Origin: a virus
Taxonomy: Duplodnaviria; Caudoviricetes
Virus record (IMG/VR): IMGVR_UViG_3300011774_000001
Span: 96,001 to 160,000 of that record
DNA length: 64,000 nucleotides
Strand: one strand, 5' to 3'
The position numbers and the translations under genes are program-made. Below are positions 29,285 through 38,446 of the stretch, piece by piece. The notes under the pieces are model-generated. The model was not told where the DNA came from. It worked only from the letters and a program-made list of their open reading frames with translations, and ran no database searches. Every line of letters begins with the position of its first letter. Position 1 is the first letter of the stretch.

Positions 29285-29790
29285 GCTGGGTAGTTCAGAC
29301 CGCCGAGATTGCGCACGGTAATGATCTCTGACAATGGAATCAGTTGGGGTTTGATTACCATGGTCAGCAACTCACCTTTGTAGAACATGGACTCAGGCGC
29401 GGCGCGCACAACCACGGTGGCCTCGTCTTCGTCCCATTCAATCGGGTCGTTGTGCAGATCAATGGGTTCTACGTTCATGCCGTAGTTGATCTGCAGTGCA
29501 GGGATCAAATCGTGAACCGTGTTGGCTCGGGTATTTAAAGTCAGGTGTTCGATACCCAGGTATTGGGTGAACAACCATTCCAGATCCAACTTATCAAAAG
29601 TGGATTCAACACTCCCCACCCAGCGCTTGGGATCGAGCGAGGTGATGGTCACTGCCGTGTCGCCAACCATTTCTGGATTGTCGTTAGGCCTGAGATTACC
29701 CACATGCAACAGGTCGTAAGGAATCTCATAATCGCTCGCTGCAAAGATCTGATCGAGCAAGATCTCCTTGTGTGGTTTTAGCGTAGACAT
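29278..29790 (-). CDS. displaced virion fibre paralog
   Basis: Start 29790 (SD GGAG); FDKLDL; IPLSEIITVRNLGGLNYP resembles the end of 24404..24958. Confidence 0.75.
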   Translation of the reverse strand: MSTLKPHKEILLDQIFAASDYEIPYDLLHVGNLRPNDNPEMVGDTAVTITSLDPKRWVGSVESTFDKLDLEWLFTQYLGIEHLTLNTRANTVHDLIPALQINYGMNVEPIDLHNDPIEWDEDEATVVVRAAPESMFYKGELLTMVIKPQLIPLSEIITVRNLGGLNYPAA

Positions 29791-29877
29791 AACTGTCTCC
29801 TGTGTGTGCGCATACCATTCTTCAAGTGCCACCCACGAGAGACAATTTATCAGACTACCCCACATTTGGAGACCGCT

Positions 29878-30513
29878 ATGTCCTTCCTTTCCGATATCTC
29901 GATCCGTGAACGCTGTGTTGCCAAGATTCCAGGCAACCGTTTGGCCAACCCCATGATCGTACCTTTCTTTGAAGAGTCGGTAAAGACCGAAGTTCGCAAG
30001 ATGGGTAAGTGCGACGTGAACGTTGACGTCTTCTCGTATGGCCTCTCCAGCTATGGTTACGACGTACGCCTGGCTGATAGCCTGGAGATCTTCACCAACA
30101 TCAATAACGTGAGCGGCGATGCCAAACGTCCTGCTACGGGTAACAAGGTCAAGGCCGAGATCCTGACAGACAAATACGGTGGTCGCTTCGCATGGTTGCC
30201 GGCAGGTGGCTTCATGTTGGGTCACACCGTGGAATACTTCCGCATCCCTCGCGGCTGTATTGTCATCTGCCTGGGCAAGTCCAGCTATGCACGCGAAGGC
30301 ATCATTGTCAACGTGACCCCGCTGGAACCGGAATGGGAAGGCCAGGTGGTCATCGAGATCTCCAACACCTCAGGCGTGCCACAGAAGATCTACGTCGACG
30401 AAGGTATCAGTCAGTTCCTGTTCGGCATGGGCGACATGCTTTGCGCTGTCTCCTACAAGGACCGTGGTGGCAAATATCAGGGTCAGACCGGCATCACTCA
30501 CGGCAAGGTGTGA
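29878..30513 (+). CDS. dcd: dCTP deaminase
   Basis: SYGLSSYGYDVRL, GKSSYAREG, TPLEPEWEG, YQGQTG. Confidence 0.95.
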   Translation: MSFLSDISIRERCVAKIPGNRLANPMIVPFFEESVKTEVRKMGKCDVNVDVFSYGLSSYGYDVRLADSLEIFTNINNVSGDAKRPATGNKVKAEILTDKYGGRFAWLPAGGFMLGHTVEYFRIPRGCIVICLGKSSYAREGIIVNVTPLEPEWEGQVVIEISNTSGVPQKIYVDEGISQFLFGMGDMLCAVSYKDRGGKYQGQTGITHGKV

Positions 30514-30515
30514 TC

Positions 30516-30764
30516 ATGCCTTCAATGAAGCTTAAGGACCACATGGCCCAGTTCATTGTGCTGAGCCCTACATTGGGTGAAGAGGTCGAGTTTATCTTGG
30601 GTGTCAATGCCCCGGACGACTTGGCCACCCAAGTGCAGGCATGGTGGGTCGATAACCCCAAGGCTACCGCCAAAGATGCAGCGCTGTGGATGCAGGGTAA
30701 GAACTGGGGCGTGTTGGCAGATTACGAGGCGATCTCTTTAGTTCGCCCAAGGAAGAAATCATGA
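30516..30764 (+). CDS. hypothetical protein (82 aa)
   Basis: ATG at 30516 just after the dcd stop; ATGA overlap with next gene. Confidence 0.7.
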   Translation: MPSMKLKDHMAQFIVLSPTLGEEVEFILGVNAPDDLATQVQAWWVDNPKATAKDAALWMQGKNWGVLADYEAISLVRPRKKS

Positions 30765-31267
30765 GAGCAGAAGATCCGTGGTTGGTGGCCCGCTACTCCC
30801 CAATGATGATCGATGACAATATCTACTTTGTCATTGCTGTTGGTTTACCGTCTGGGAATCTGCGTCGTAATAAATCGCCTCAGTTGGTGACCTACGTTGA
30901 TCCTCGCACTGGCGCTGAGTACACCCGTGAGAAAGAGGACTTCATGGTGCGGGCTGCTTACGCCACCTTGGATCAGGTTCAGAACATCCTGGACTATCTC
31001 AAGCCGTACAACTACAAGGCCGTGCAAGTCATGGCGCAACATCGGGATGCAATTCCTATCACGCTGGTAGTTCGTTCGTACCCCGATGCTCGTGGGCCTG
31101 TACTCAACTACACGGATCGTGCGCTGATCCACAATTACGGTGCAGCGCTTGATCCTCATGATCCTGCCAATTCTATTGTGGTGGCTGCCCGATTGTTGGA
31201 AGAACCCACGGCCACCAAATTTATGCGTCTGACCAATATCTTGGCCAAGACTATCTGGAGCGTTTAA
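30761..31267 (+). CDS. hypothetical protein, DUF1653-like N-terminus
   Basis: Y.V...VTY......YTRE..DF pattern. Confidence 0.65.
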   Translation: MRAEDPWLVARYSPMMIDDNIYFVIAVGLPSGNLRRNKSPQLVTYVDPRTGAEYTREKEDFMVRAAYATLDQVQNILDYLKPYNYKAVQVMAQHRDAIPITLVVRSYPDARGPVLNYTDRALIHNYGAALDPHDPANSIVVAARLLEEPTATKFMRLTNILAKTIWSV

Positions 31268-31268
31268 A

Positions 31269-31526
31269 ATGGTAATGCGTGTTTGGCCAGCTAAGGTCAA
31301 GATCGAAGTGACCCGCCTTCTGGATCAAGATGTTAAGGTTCCAGGCGATGCCGTTGTCCATCAGGAGCAACTCATTGTTCGTGTAGAAGGTCTGTGTGCA
31401 GACGCTGTGCTGCGCAAGATCAAAGACCACTACAAGGCCATCGACAAGAACTGCGAGGTCAAGTTCCTGAGCGGGGTTGACTGGTATCCTGCCGACATGA
31501 TTGGCAAAATTGAATTAAGTTTCTAA
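31269..31526 (+). CDS. hypothetical protein
   Basis: SD GGAG; operon continuity. Confidence 0.7.
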   Translation: MVMRVWPAKVKIEVTRLLDQDVKVPGDAVVHQEQLIVRVEGLCADAVLRKIKDHYKAIDKNCEVKFLSGVDWYPADMIGKIELSF

Positions 31527-32455
31527 GGGTTCTGCTAGATGTATTAGTAGAACCTATAAGGATCGCATGATGCGACGGATTCTTTTAGGGGGATCGGGGT
31601 TGGGACTTGCTTTGGCTTTGGCTACACTGGCACATGCCGTGGAGCCGGTTTGCGATGGAGTGGAGTGTCCGTCTTTCGAGACGGATGACACCGCTGACCT
31701 GCGCGTTGCCGCTAGCTCTCCCAGCTCTCGATTCCCCGCCTATTCGGCTGTACCTACGAGCAGAGAACTAGGTGCCGCCCCTCTGAACCGCACGAGTCGG
31801 GATCGTGTATGGACAGCTGGGGTCGCGCACAGTCCGATGAAGACCTTTTGAATCCAGGGGTGTAACGCCGGCATAGCCCACTATCAAATCCGGCACTTAA
31901 GGAAAACAAGGAGCATCACACGAACTACTTGATCCGCTGGGCACTTCTGTTGCTCGGGTCAGTAGTCGCAGTACCGACCATCCTGACGCGGAATGCTACC
32001 GTTCTCTTGCCATGGACCGTGGAGGTCCCGCAGGTTGAAACGCAGTCTTCGTTTGCACGGTTGGTATGGAAAAGTGTGTTGGCTGGGATCGGCAAACTGC
32101 CTACCCAAACCCACAGCACTTTCGCGACTGCCTGACAAACTCACAGGCCGCATTGCCAAAGTAGAGGTTTAAATGGACCTCATTAGGGATGGCTCTCAGC
32201 CTACCTGTATATCTGCACAGAATCCTGCTCGCGAGGACAAGGCTCCCTGAGTTCCCACGGACTCAGACCACGTACCTTACCCAGGCCTAGGCAGTGACCG
32301 CTCGACGATACCCCTATTCCAAGTAAGGCCAACACTCTCCCGATGGGAGTAAGTGAAGAGCTGCTTCCCTGATCTCTCTAGCACCAGCTGATGCGCTCAG
32401 CCGGTTTCACTGACGAGACTTGAGTGGCCTTGAGTTTAGAGGGTATTCGTTGGGT
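31527..32455 (+). ncRNA. large multi-domain structured ncRNA, unclassified (~930 nt)
   Basis: More than 20 helices identified by eye, including nested long-range pairings; UUCG loop; G-U pairs indicate the + strand; no convincing CDS. Confidence 0.7.
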
Positions 32456-32496
32456 ATTCATTTTATCTCTTATGCCCTTGCCCCGTTTAAACGCTT

Positions 32497-32524
32497 TTTC
32501 AAACCTAAAGTATCAACCTGAATG
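32497..32524 (+). promoter_or_regulatory. phage early promoter, copy 2
   Basis: TTTCAAACC-TAAAGTAT-CAACCTGAATG. Confidence 0.75.
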
Positions 32525-32578
32525 ATCGTCAGTAATGATTGATTGTTCTTGAATAACTACCGCACAAGGAATAGGTTA

Positions 32579-33061
32579 ATGCGTCAAATCGATGAGCAAA
32601 CTAACGAGGCAGCGATTGAAAGAATTCGCGCTACCTTCGATGCGCTGGTGGACGGTTTGGGTATTGACGTACCCGGTCTACTCAGTGGCGAAAAACAATA
32701 CCTGTGCCTGCCGGATGATCTGGTCAAGCCCAACATCCTGAAGCCTGCTGAAGGCGACATGGTGTACGGCCTGAACGAGAACGGTGTTGAAACCTTGGGC
32801 ATCTTCAATGTCATGGGTTGGGCACTCTTCGGTCGCGATGGTAGCTTTGAGCTGCCTGATGGCGCCGACGAGCGTGACCCGCTGGATATCTATCCGGTGG
32901 AGGAGCATTACGATTACTGGTACGCCCTGATCAGCGAATACGTTCGCGTGACGGACATGCCTGACAAGATCGAAGATCCGTTTGATGACGAGATCAACGT
33001 CGAAGCAGGTTTCGGTGACGCCGATGTGGACGGCGAACCAATCGATCCGAACGACGAATAA
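32579..33061 (+). CDS. acidic hypothetical protein
   Basis: Start moved to 32579. Confidence 0.75.
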   Translation: MRQIDEQTNEAAIERIRATFDALVDGLGIDVPGLLSGEKQYLCLPDDLVKPNILKPAEGDMVYGLNENGVETLGIFNVMGWALFGRDGSFELPDGADERDPLDIYPVEEHYDYWYALISEYVRVTDMPDKIEDPFDDEINVEAGFGDADVDGEPIDPNDE

Positions 33062-33120
33062 GTCGCATCGCCTCGATCCATTCTTAGATTTCATTACCCA
33101 TTTACTGGGGGAGAGTAACT

Positions 33121-33582
33121 ATGCAAGCTTTTCGTCTGAGTGACCGTCGTCTGTTTATCCCAGGTGTCGGAATCATTCCTTATATCCGCTACTTGCGCAT
33201 TGTCAAAGCCGGCAAGCGCCAGTACCTGTTTGTCAAAGGGCGCAATGTTACACACAGTTTCGGCATCTATGGTGACAACGGGCGTGAGCCACTGTTGTTG
33301 GCCTTGGAGGCCTTGGAAGAGGAGTATGGCGTGATCCGCACAGGTAGTGCACTGCGGAAGCGCGAAAGGAAGGACAAAAAGAATCCTACAGGGATGGTGG
33401 GTGTCTTCCGTAAGGAAGGCTATCTGTCACAGCCGTATCAGGTAACTTGCCCATATGAGACCAATGAAGCCGTCGGTAGTTTGTCGAAGGCTTACATGGT
33501 CCGAGAGGCGGCAGTAGCCGAGTATGAACGCAAGAACATACTCACCCGCGGTCAGGTGCTGGCACAAGCATCCAGCCTGTAA
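33121..33582 (+). CDS. AP2-like DNA-binding protein (no HNH motif seen)
   Basis: KNPTGMVGVFRK...AYMVREAA pattern. Confidence 0.5.
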   Translation: MQAFRLSDRRLFIPGVGIIPYIRYLRIVKAGKRQYLFVKGRNVTHSFGIYGDNGREPLLLALEALEEEYGVIRTGSALRKRERKDKKNPTGMVGVFRKEGYLSQPYQVTCPYETNEAVGSLSKAYMVREAAVAEYERKNILTRGQVLAQASSL

Positions 33583-33644
33583 GGAAACTTGCCAGACGCA
33601 GCTCAGTCAACGAAGAGTGACCTGGCTGCGTCTTAGGAGCGACA

Positions 33645-34196
33645 ATGCTTCAAGAGCCGATTATTCGCAATGGGATAACATTAGATCCCAAGAAAGATGG
33701 TGTCACGCATCTCAACGTGTACACCGGGGGTAACACCGTCATTGGACGGGAGGCTAGTAATCTTTTCCATGCACCCACCGACAATCCACGCCTAGTTCTT
33801 CGGGAATCGGATAACGCTTTGATTCCCATTGGTTTCTTCAAAACCATTGAAGGTTTGTGGTGGTGGTTTTCAGGTGGGATGGTTGATGACTATTTTAGGA
33901 CGTGTGATGGATTTGAAGCGCGCAAGCGTGGAAGTTCCATTCCTAAAGAGGATAGAGTAGAACTGCCGTCATTCAAACATGAGATTCGGTATGCGATCGC
34001 TCTCAAATACAAAACTCATCCTGAATTACTCGATCGACTTCTCAATTCTACTTTGCCCCTAACCCACTATTACGTCTACGGTAAGAAGCACGTTAATCCG
34101 CTAGTTCGGACCGCTGACCGCAGTATGTGGGTGATTAAGTTCCTGGAAGAAATCCGGGAATCTAAGGGGGAGGTAATTACTAAAATTCTGACGTGA
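33645..34196 (+). CDS. NADAR-like phage protein
   Basis: DGVTHLNVY, GREASNL, FKTIEGLWW, LPLTHYY. Confidence 0.5.
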   Translation: MLQEPIIRNGITLDPKKDGVTHLNVYTGGNTVIGREASNLFHAPTDNPRLVLRESDNALIPIGFFKTIEGLWWWFSGGMVDDYFRTCDGFEARKRGSSIPKEDRVELPSFKHEIRYAIALKYKTHPELLDRLLNSTLPLTHYYVYGKKHVNPLVRTADRSMWVIKFLEEIRESKGEVITKILT

Positions 34197-34235
34197 CGAC
34201 GCTGTGCAAGCCGCCTGCGTCGACGGAGAGCTTCT

Positions 34236-35099
34236 ATGACCGACCAACCAGCAGTCATGCAACTCAATATCGCCGAGACGGTTAACGTTCTCGAAGGGCT
34301 GGACCTGCACGCTTTGGCTGCAGGCAATGCAAACTCAACCCGCGTGGAGGATCATGAGAGCTGCTTTAAGTTCTATGTGACCTGCACCAATACCAGCAAC
34401 GGTGAACGCACGAAAGAGCGCTTTGCCCTCCATGGACGCCTGCAATCTCGTAAGGGCGTCGGCATCGATCACAAGTTCGTGATTGACCAGTTCGAGAAGA
34501 CTTTAAAGAAGTACCTGGAAGACAAGAGCATGATCATCTCTGATGAACTGCCGATGGGTTCCACTGTGGTGCATGCGATCTACCGTCATGTATTCGCAGC
34601 CGGTTCCCGTGTGGCTGAGTTCGCCAACGGTGTGGGTGTGTTCTCTCAGCCGATCGAAACCAACTTCGACATCCGTACCGATGCCATCGAGAAGTTGGAA
34701 GCGATGGACGGGAACTTCACCTTGGCCGTCGTCGGCGACAACATGGTCAAGTTCTACTTGGGCGAAGAGCCGCCTGTCTGGGGCTACAAGCATGAAGAAG
34801 AAGACGCCTGGAGGCCGCTGAAGAAACGGCCAACCCCAAGCATCATCGCTGCGTGCCTGGACCACTTTACCCAGTACGTCTGTGAAGAGAACTCGCAGAT
34901 GGAGGTCTACCCGAACGATCGATTTGTCGATCTCATTCAGGTAGTCCGGGCTCGACAAGCAGCCCTGGAAGATCCCAAAGATCAACCAGAAGAACCTGTC
35001 GTAGCCGAGCAGCCTGTGACCGAAGCGCAGTCCACCGAGAAGCCTAGCCTGCTCAAACGAGTAGCCAGCGTAATCGGTATGGGAGCAACCCAGGGGTAA
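34236..35099 (+). CDS. hypothetical protein
   Basis: 287-aa ORF, SD GGAG. Confidence 0.75.
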   Translation: MTDQPAVMQLNIAETVNVLEGLDLHALAAGNANSTRVEDHESCFKFYVTCTNTSNGERTKERFALHGRLQSRKGVGIDHKFVIDQFEKTLKKYLEDKSMIISDELPMGSTVVHAIYRHVFAAGSRVAEFANGVGVFSQPIETNFDIRTDAIEKLEAMDGNFTLAVVGDNMVKFYLGEEPPVWGYKHEEEDAWRPLKKRPTPSIIAACLDHFTQYVCEENSQMEVYPNDRFVDLIQVVRARQAALEDPKDQPEEPVVAEQPVTEAQSTEKPSLLKRVASVIGMGATQG

Positions 35100-35170
35100 C
35101 TGAGCGGTAAGGGGGAGGCGACTCCCCCGACACCCTAGTTATTTTTTTGTACCTAGGTCAGGACCCTGCC

Positions 35171-35737
35171 ATGGACAAGTCGTTTTACACCAAGGTTACG
35201 GGAGAAACCATCACCGCAGGACCAATCACATTGGCCACCTTGCGGGTCACACATCGCCTGAGGTTAAGACGCTTATTCTCATTCGTCTACCGGCATTTCA
35301 CAAAGGAGGGACGTGAGTGGAAAAAGATGGAGGCTTTAAGTCACGAGGGAACGCAGGCTGTCCTTGAGATGATTGAGGGCAATGCAACCTTGAGGAACTT
35401 AGAGTCACGCATGCAGGAACACGTAACGGCTCAAGTAGACCGTAGGACGTGGTGGGCGTTATTTGAGATCTTTGAAGATCGTCAGGTAACCTTTATTGTG
35501 CAGGACTTCCTGAGTCACAGCCGCTCAGAAGACCTACAGGCTTTTGGCCGAACATGCACCAGCTTGGCTGATCAGATGTTACGCGTCTCCAATGTACATG
35601 CAACCCATGGAGCCGCGGTCAGGGAACCAGAATACATTAGAGCCGTTGCTATCCAGCAGTTGGCTGCGTGCTTTGCGACATTTCCCCAATTGCGTCGCAC
35701 TGAAGATCAAATCAGGCATTGTCTGAGAACGTATTGA
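35171..35737 (+). CDS. hypothetical protein
   Basis: ATG at 35171 after AGGA. Confidence 0.65.
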   Translation: MDKSFYTKVTGETITAGPITLATLRVTHRLRLRRLFSFVYRHFTKEGREWKKMEALSHEGTQAVLEMIEGNATLRNLESRMQEHVTAQVDRRTWWALFEIFEDRQVTFIVQDFLSHSRSEDLQAFGRTCTSLADQMLRVSNVHATHGAAVREPEYIRAVAIQQLAACFATFPQLRRTEDQIRHCLRTY

Positions 35738-35805
35738 TCTACTAATTTCGGGAGGTATCTATTGTGGTACCTCCCCCTTTTGCTTTATGACCCCAAGGAG
35801 TGAAA

Positions 35806-36489
35806 ATGGATAAGCCAGTTGTTCATTTGGCGTTGTTGTCGACTGACCATGAAGACATGGAAGGTTACACCGCCAGCCTGCGCACCCTCTTCGAAAAGAC
35901 CATCACCCGCATCGGTCATTTCCATTGGGGTGTTGATAACCCCAGACCTACCGTGCGTCATCAGACCCATAATGGCTTCCATGGCGACTACGAACCAGGG
36001 GACAAGGGTGCCATCAACATTCACATGGATTTCCCTCGTTCCATGGAGCGTGAAGTTTCCCTGTTCCAGGAACTGTTCACCAACACGGTGCTGAACCGCG
36101 AGTACGGTGACCAGGATGCCAACAAGACCTTTACTCTGGCATTGTTCGAAGTAGTGCCTGCCGGTAAAAACTCGTTCACCCTGGGCCGCATCAAGCTGAT
36201 CACCAACGTCTGCTTCCCGGTGGTGGGTGTTGGCTTTGGCAAGCTCGGCGAAGACTTCAAGCATCGTCATCGCGCCTTTGGCGCAGAGGTGCCGGTAGAC
36301 TGGAAGTCCATTCCAGAACAACCTGTCATCATTCACGAAGCTGAAGAAGGCAACAGCAGTGTCACCATCTCTGGTATCGAACTGATTGCCAACGCCAAGG
36401 CCCGCGACAAGATTGCTGACCTGGCTCAAGTGATCGTTCAAAACCTTTCAGGTACCGAGCCTAAAGCCAAGGCCGTAGCCAAGAAGTAA
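35806..36489 (+). CDS. hypothetical protein
   Basis: SD AAGGAG. Confidence 0.75.
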   Translation: MDKPVVHLALLSTDHEDMEGYTASLRTLFEKTITRIGHFHWGVDNPRPTVRHQTHNGFHGDYEPGDKGAINIHMDFPRSMEREVSLFQELFTNTVLNREYGDQDANKTFTLALFEVVPAGKNSFTLGRIKLITNVCFPVVGVGFGKLGEDFKHRHRAFGAEVPVDWKSIPEQPVIIHEAEEGNSSVTISGIELIANAKARDKIADLAQVIVQNLSGTEPKAKAVAKK

Positions 36490-36495
36490 CCGCCT

Positions 36496-36525
36496 GCCTC
36501 CTCCCCTAGGGGAGGAGGCTTTATG
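36496..36525 (+). terminator. hairpin + TTTATG
   Basis: GCCTCCTCCC-CTAG-GGGAGGAGGC-TTTATG. Confidence 0.75.
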
Positions 36526-36549
36526 GTTCTGTGTTCTTTTTTAACCGTA

Positions 36550-36577
36550 TTTGAAACCTAAAATATCAACCTGAATA
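36550..36577 (+). promoter_or_regulatory. phage early promoter, copy 3
   Basis: TTTGAAACC-TAAAATAT-CAACCTGAATA. Confidence 0.75.
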
Positions 36578-36598
36578 GAGTCCCTTAAAGGAATTGCA

Positions 36599-37048
36599 AT
36601 GTCCACCTATGAACGTTATCGCCCATCCCTGGCCCGACATATGCTGGAAGGTTATTTGGATTGGTACGCGACGCTACCCGATGCGGAGAAATGCTACCTC
36701 ATCGTAGACCCTGTGGTTTGGGATGACATGCCCGAGCCTCTCAAGAAGTTTATTGGGCCGGCCGGTTTGCTGTTGGACATCAGCCCACAAGCCGTTGTCA
36801 ACTTCGTGATTGGCGACGAGTACCTGAGTTTCAATGCTCGCTTCAGTGGGCAAGAAACTCAACTGGATATTCCGTGGCCAGTGATTCATTCGGTGTACAC
36901 AATCACCCGTGACCAACAACCCATCTCGCAACTCGGATTCGGTGGGTATACCCCTCATGAATTCCGCACCATCGAAACACCAAAACCCGAAGAACAACCA
37001 GTTGCGCAATCCGCTGACAAGAAACCAGCCCTGCGCGTTGTCAAATAA
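36599..37048 (+). CDS. sspB: ClpXP adaptor SspB homolog
   Basis: ISPQAVVNF...LSFNARFSG core; C-terminal ClpX-binding motif PALRVVK. Confidence 0.88.
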   Translation: MSTYERYRPSLARHMLEGYLDWYATLPDAEKCYLIVDPVVWDDMPEPLKKFIGPAGLLLDISPQAVVNFVIGDEYLSFNARFSGQETQLDIPWPVIHSVYTITRDQQPISQLGFGGYTPHEFRTIETPKPEEQPVAQSADKKPALRVVK

Positions 37049-37057
37049 GGACAGCAC

Positions 37058-38395
37058 ATGAACGACACTCCTTTCAAACAGAACAACCTGCAACGTCTGG
37101 TCCGTCACCTGATGGAGCATGGTCATCCTAAAGGCGACCGTACCGGCGTGGGTACTCTCAGCCAATTTGGCATGATCGAGCGCTATGACCTGGAAGCGGG
37201 TCACCCCCACGAGAACGCCAAGTACACCCCGTTCAAGATCAACGTGGCTGAACTGCTCTGGATCATCTCCGGCAGCACCCAACTGGCATTCCTCAAGCAG
37301 TGGGGCTGCCATGTTTGGGACGAGTGGGTTAAGCCTGGTACTGAGGTGTGGGGTAAGACCTACGACTTCAAAGAGCGTCAAGCGATGCTCGCGCAGCAGA
37401 TCGAGTCTGGCCGTATCCTGGAGTCTGACAAGGACAACTGGGTTGACCAGTGGATGGCCGTCAACAAAGACATGGTCATGCAACAGGACGATGTTGAGCT
37501 GATGATGGATCAGTTCCGCATCCCTCGTCGTGAGCTACTGGATGGTCAGTTGGGACCGGTGTATGGTCAGCAGTGGCGTAACATCATTGACACCCGCATC
37601 ATTGAGCACGAAGAAGAGCAGGACTACCTGGAGCGTGGTTACACCTTCATGGGTACCATGCTCACCCCGGAAGATCTGTCTAGCGGCAAGTGCAACGGCA
37701 GCAAGGTCATTGTGCAGCGCAAGATCGATCAACTGGCCAATGTGATCGAGCAGCTCAAAACTCGACCAGACGATCGTGGCATTATCGTCAACGCCTGGCA
37801 TGTGCCGGATCTGGATCAGATGGCGCTGCGCCCTTGCCACACGCTGTTCCAGTTCGAAACCGTCATGCGCCCTTGGAGTGAAGTCTTCTCCGAGATCATG
37901 CAGGAAGACCACTACGACGAGTTCAATCAACTCACCACCGATATGTCTTCTGACAAGCAGGTGGGCGATGATTGGGTTGAGGCTCAGAAACCTGGTGGTG
38001 GGTGGCGTCATCCTGATTACTACGCGATGGGCTACGAGTTTGCCCAGCAGAAGGGGTTGGCTACTCGTAAACTGAACTGCTTGCTGTACATGCGTTCGAA
38101 CGATACCTTCCTGGGTCGTCCGTTCAACATCTCGCAGTACGCACTATTGACCCGCATGGTGGCTCAGGTGGTGAACATGAACCCTGGCGAGTTCATCCTC
38201 GTCAATGGCGACGTACACCTCTACAACAATCATCACGACGCTGCCAAGAAGCTGTTGGAGCAAGATGGTGGTCGTCCTTTACCATGGGTCAACATCAACC
38301 CAGAAGTGAAGAACATCGACGACTTCAAAGTTGCCGACTTCGAGCTGATCAACTACACCCACGGCCCCAAGATTGGTGCGCCGGTAGCTGTCTAA
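37058..38395 (+). CDS. thyA: thymidylate synthase with two large insertions
   Basis: DRTGVGT, ELLWI, LGPVYGQQWR, MALRPCH, YMRSND.FLG.PFNI, GDVHLY. Confidence 0.95.
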   Translation: MNDTPFKQNNLQRLVRHLMEHGHPKGDRTGVGTLSQFGMIERYDLEAGHPHENAKYTPFKINVAELLWIISGSTQLAFLKQWGCHVWDEWVKPGTEVWGKTYDFKERQAMLAQQIESGRILESDKDNWVDQWMAVNKDMVMQQDDVELMMDQFRIPRRELLDGQLGPVYGQQWRNIIDTRIIEHEEEQDYLERGYTFMGTMLTPEDLSSGKCNGSKVIVQRKIDQLANVIEQLKTRPDDRGIIVNAWHVPDLDQMALRPCHTLFQFETVMRPWSEVFSEIMQEDHYDEFNQLTTDMSSDKQVGDDWVEAQKPGGGWRHPDYYAMGYEFAQQKGLATRKLNCLLYMRSNDTFLGRPFNISQYALLTRMVAQVVNMNPGEFILVNGDVHLYNNHHDAAKKLLEQDGGRPLPWVNINPEVKNIDDFKVADFELINYTHGPKIGAPVAV

Positions 38396-38446
38396 CCAAA
38401 TTGGCCGAGGGGATGACCCTCGGCCTTTATGCCCAAGGAGTACGTT

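Noticed and set aside
31567-31851. 94-aa ORF with a signal-peptide-like start (also the 31929..32135 ORF)
   Set aside because: It coincides with long-range RNA helices, and its G/T-rich 'hydrophobic' start is the 5' strand of a ~17-bp helix. Not fully excluded, since an AAGGA lies upstream.
32355-32425. Hammerhead core (CTGACGA) or group II intron domain V (AGC triad, AC bulge)
   Set aside because: No GAAA after stem II; CTGAC is the loop of GTTTC/GAGAC; domain V geometry, a 5' GTGCG and an interrupted gene are all missing.
31850-32455. tmRNA or RNase P RNA (tempting because sspB is nearby)
   Set aside because: No TTCRA T-loop, CCA end or tag ORF; no GAGGAAAGTCC seen on either strand.
37058-38395. 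ThyA as a base-modifying (dCMP/dUMP hydroxymethylase) enzyme, or intein/intron-containing
   Set aside because: Canonical dTMP-synthase motifs are retained, the ORF is continuous, and there are no splice motifs.
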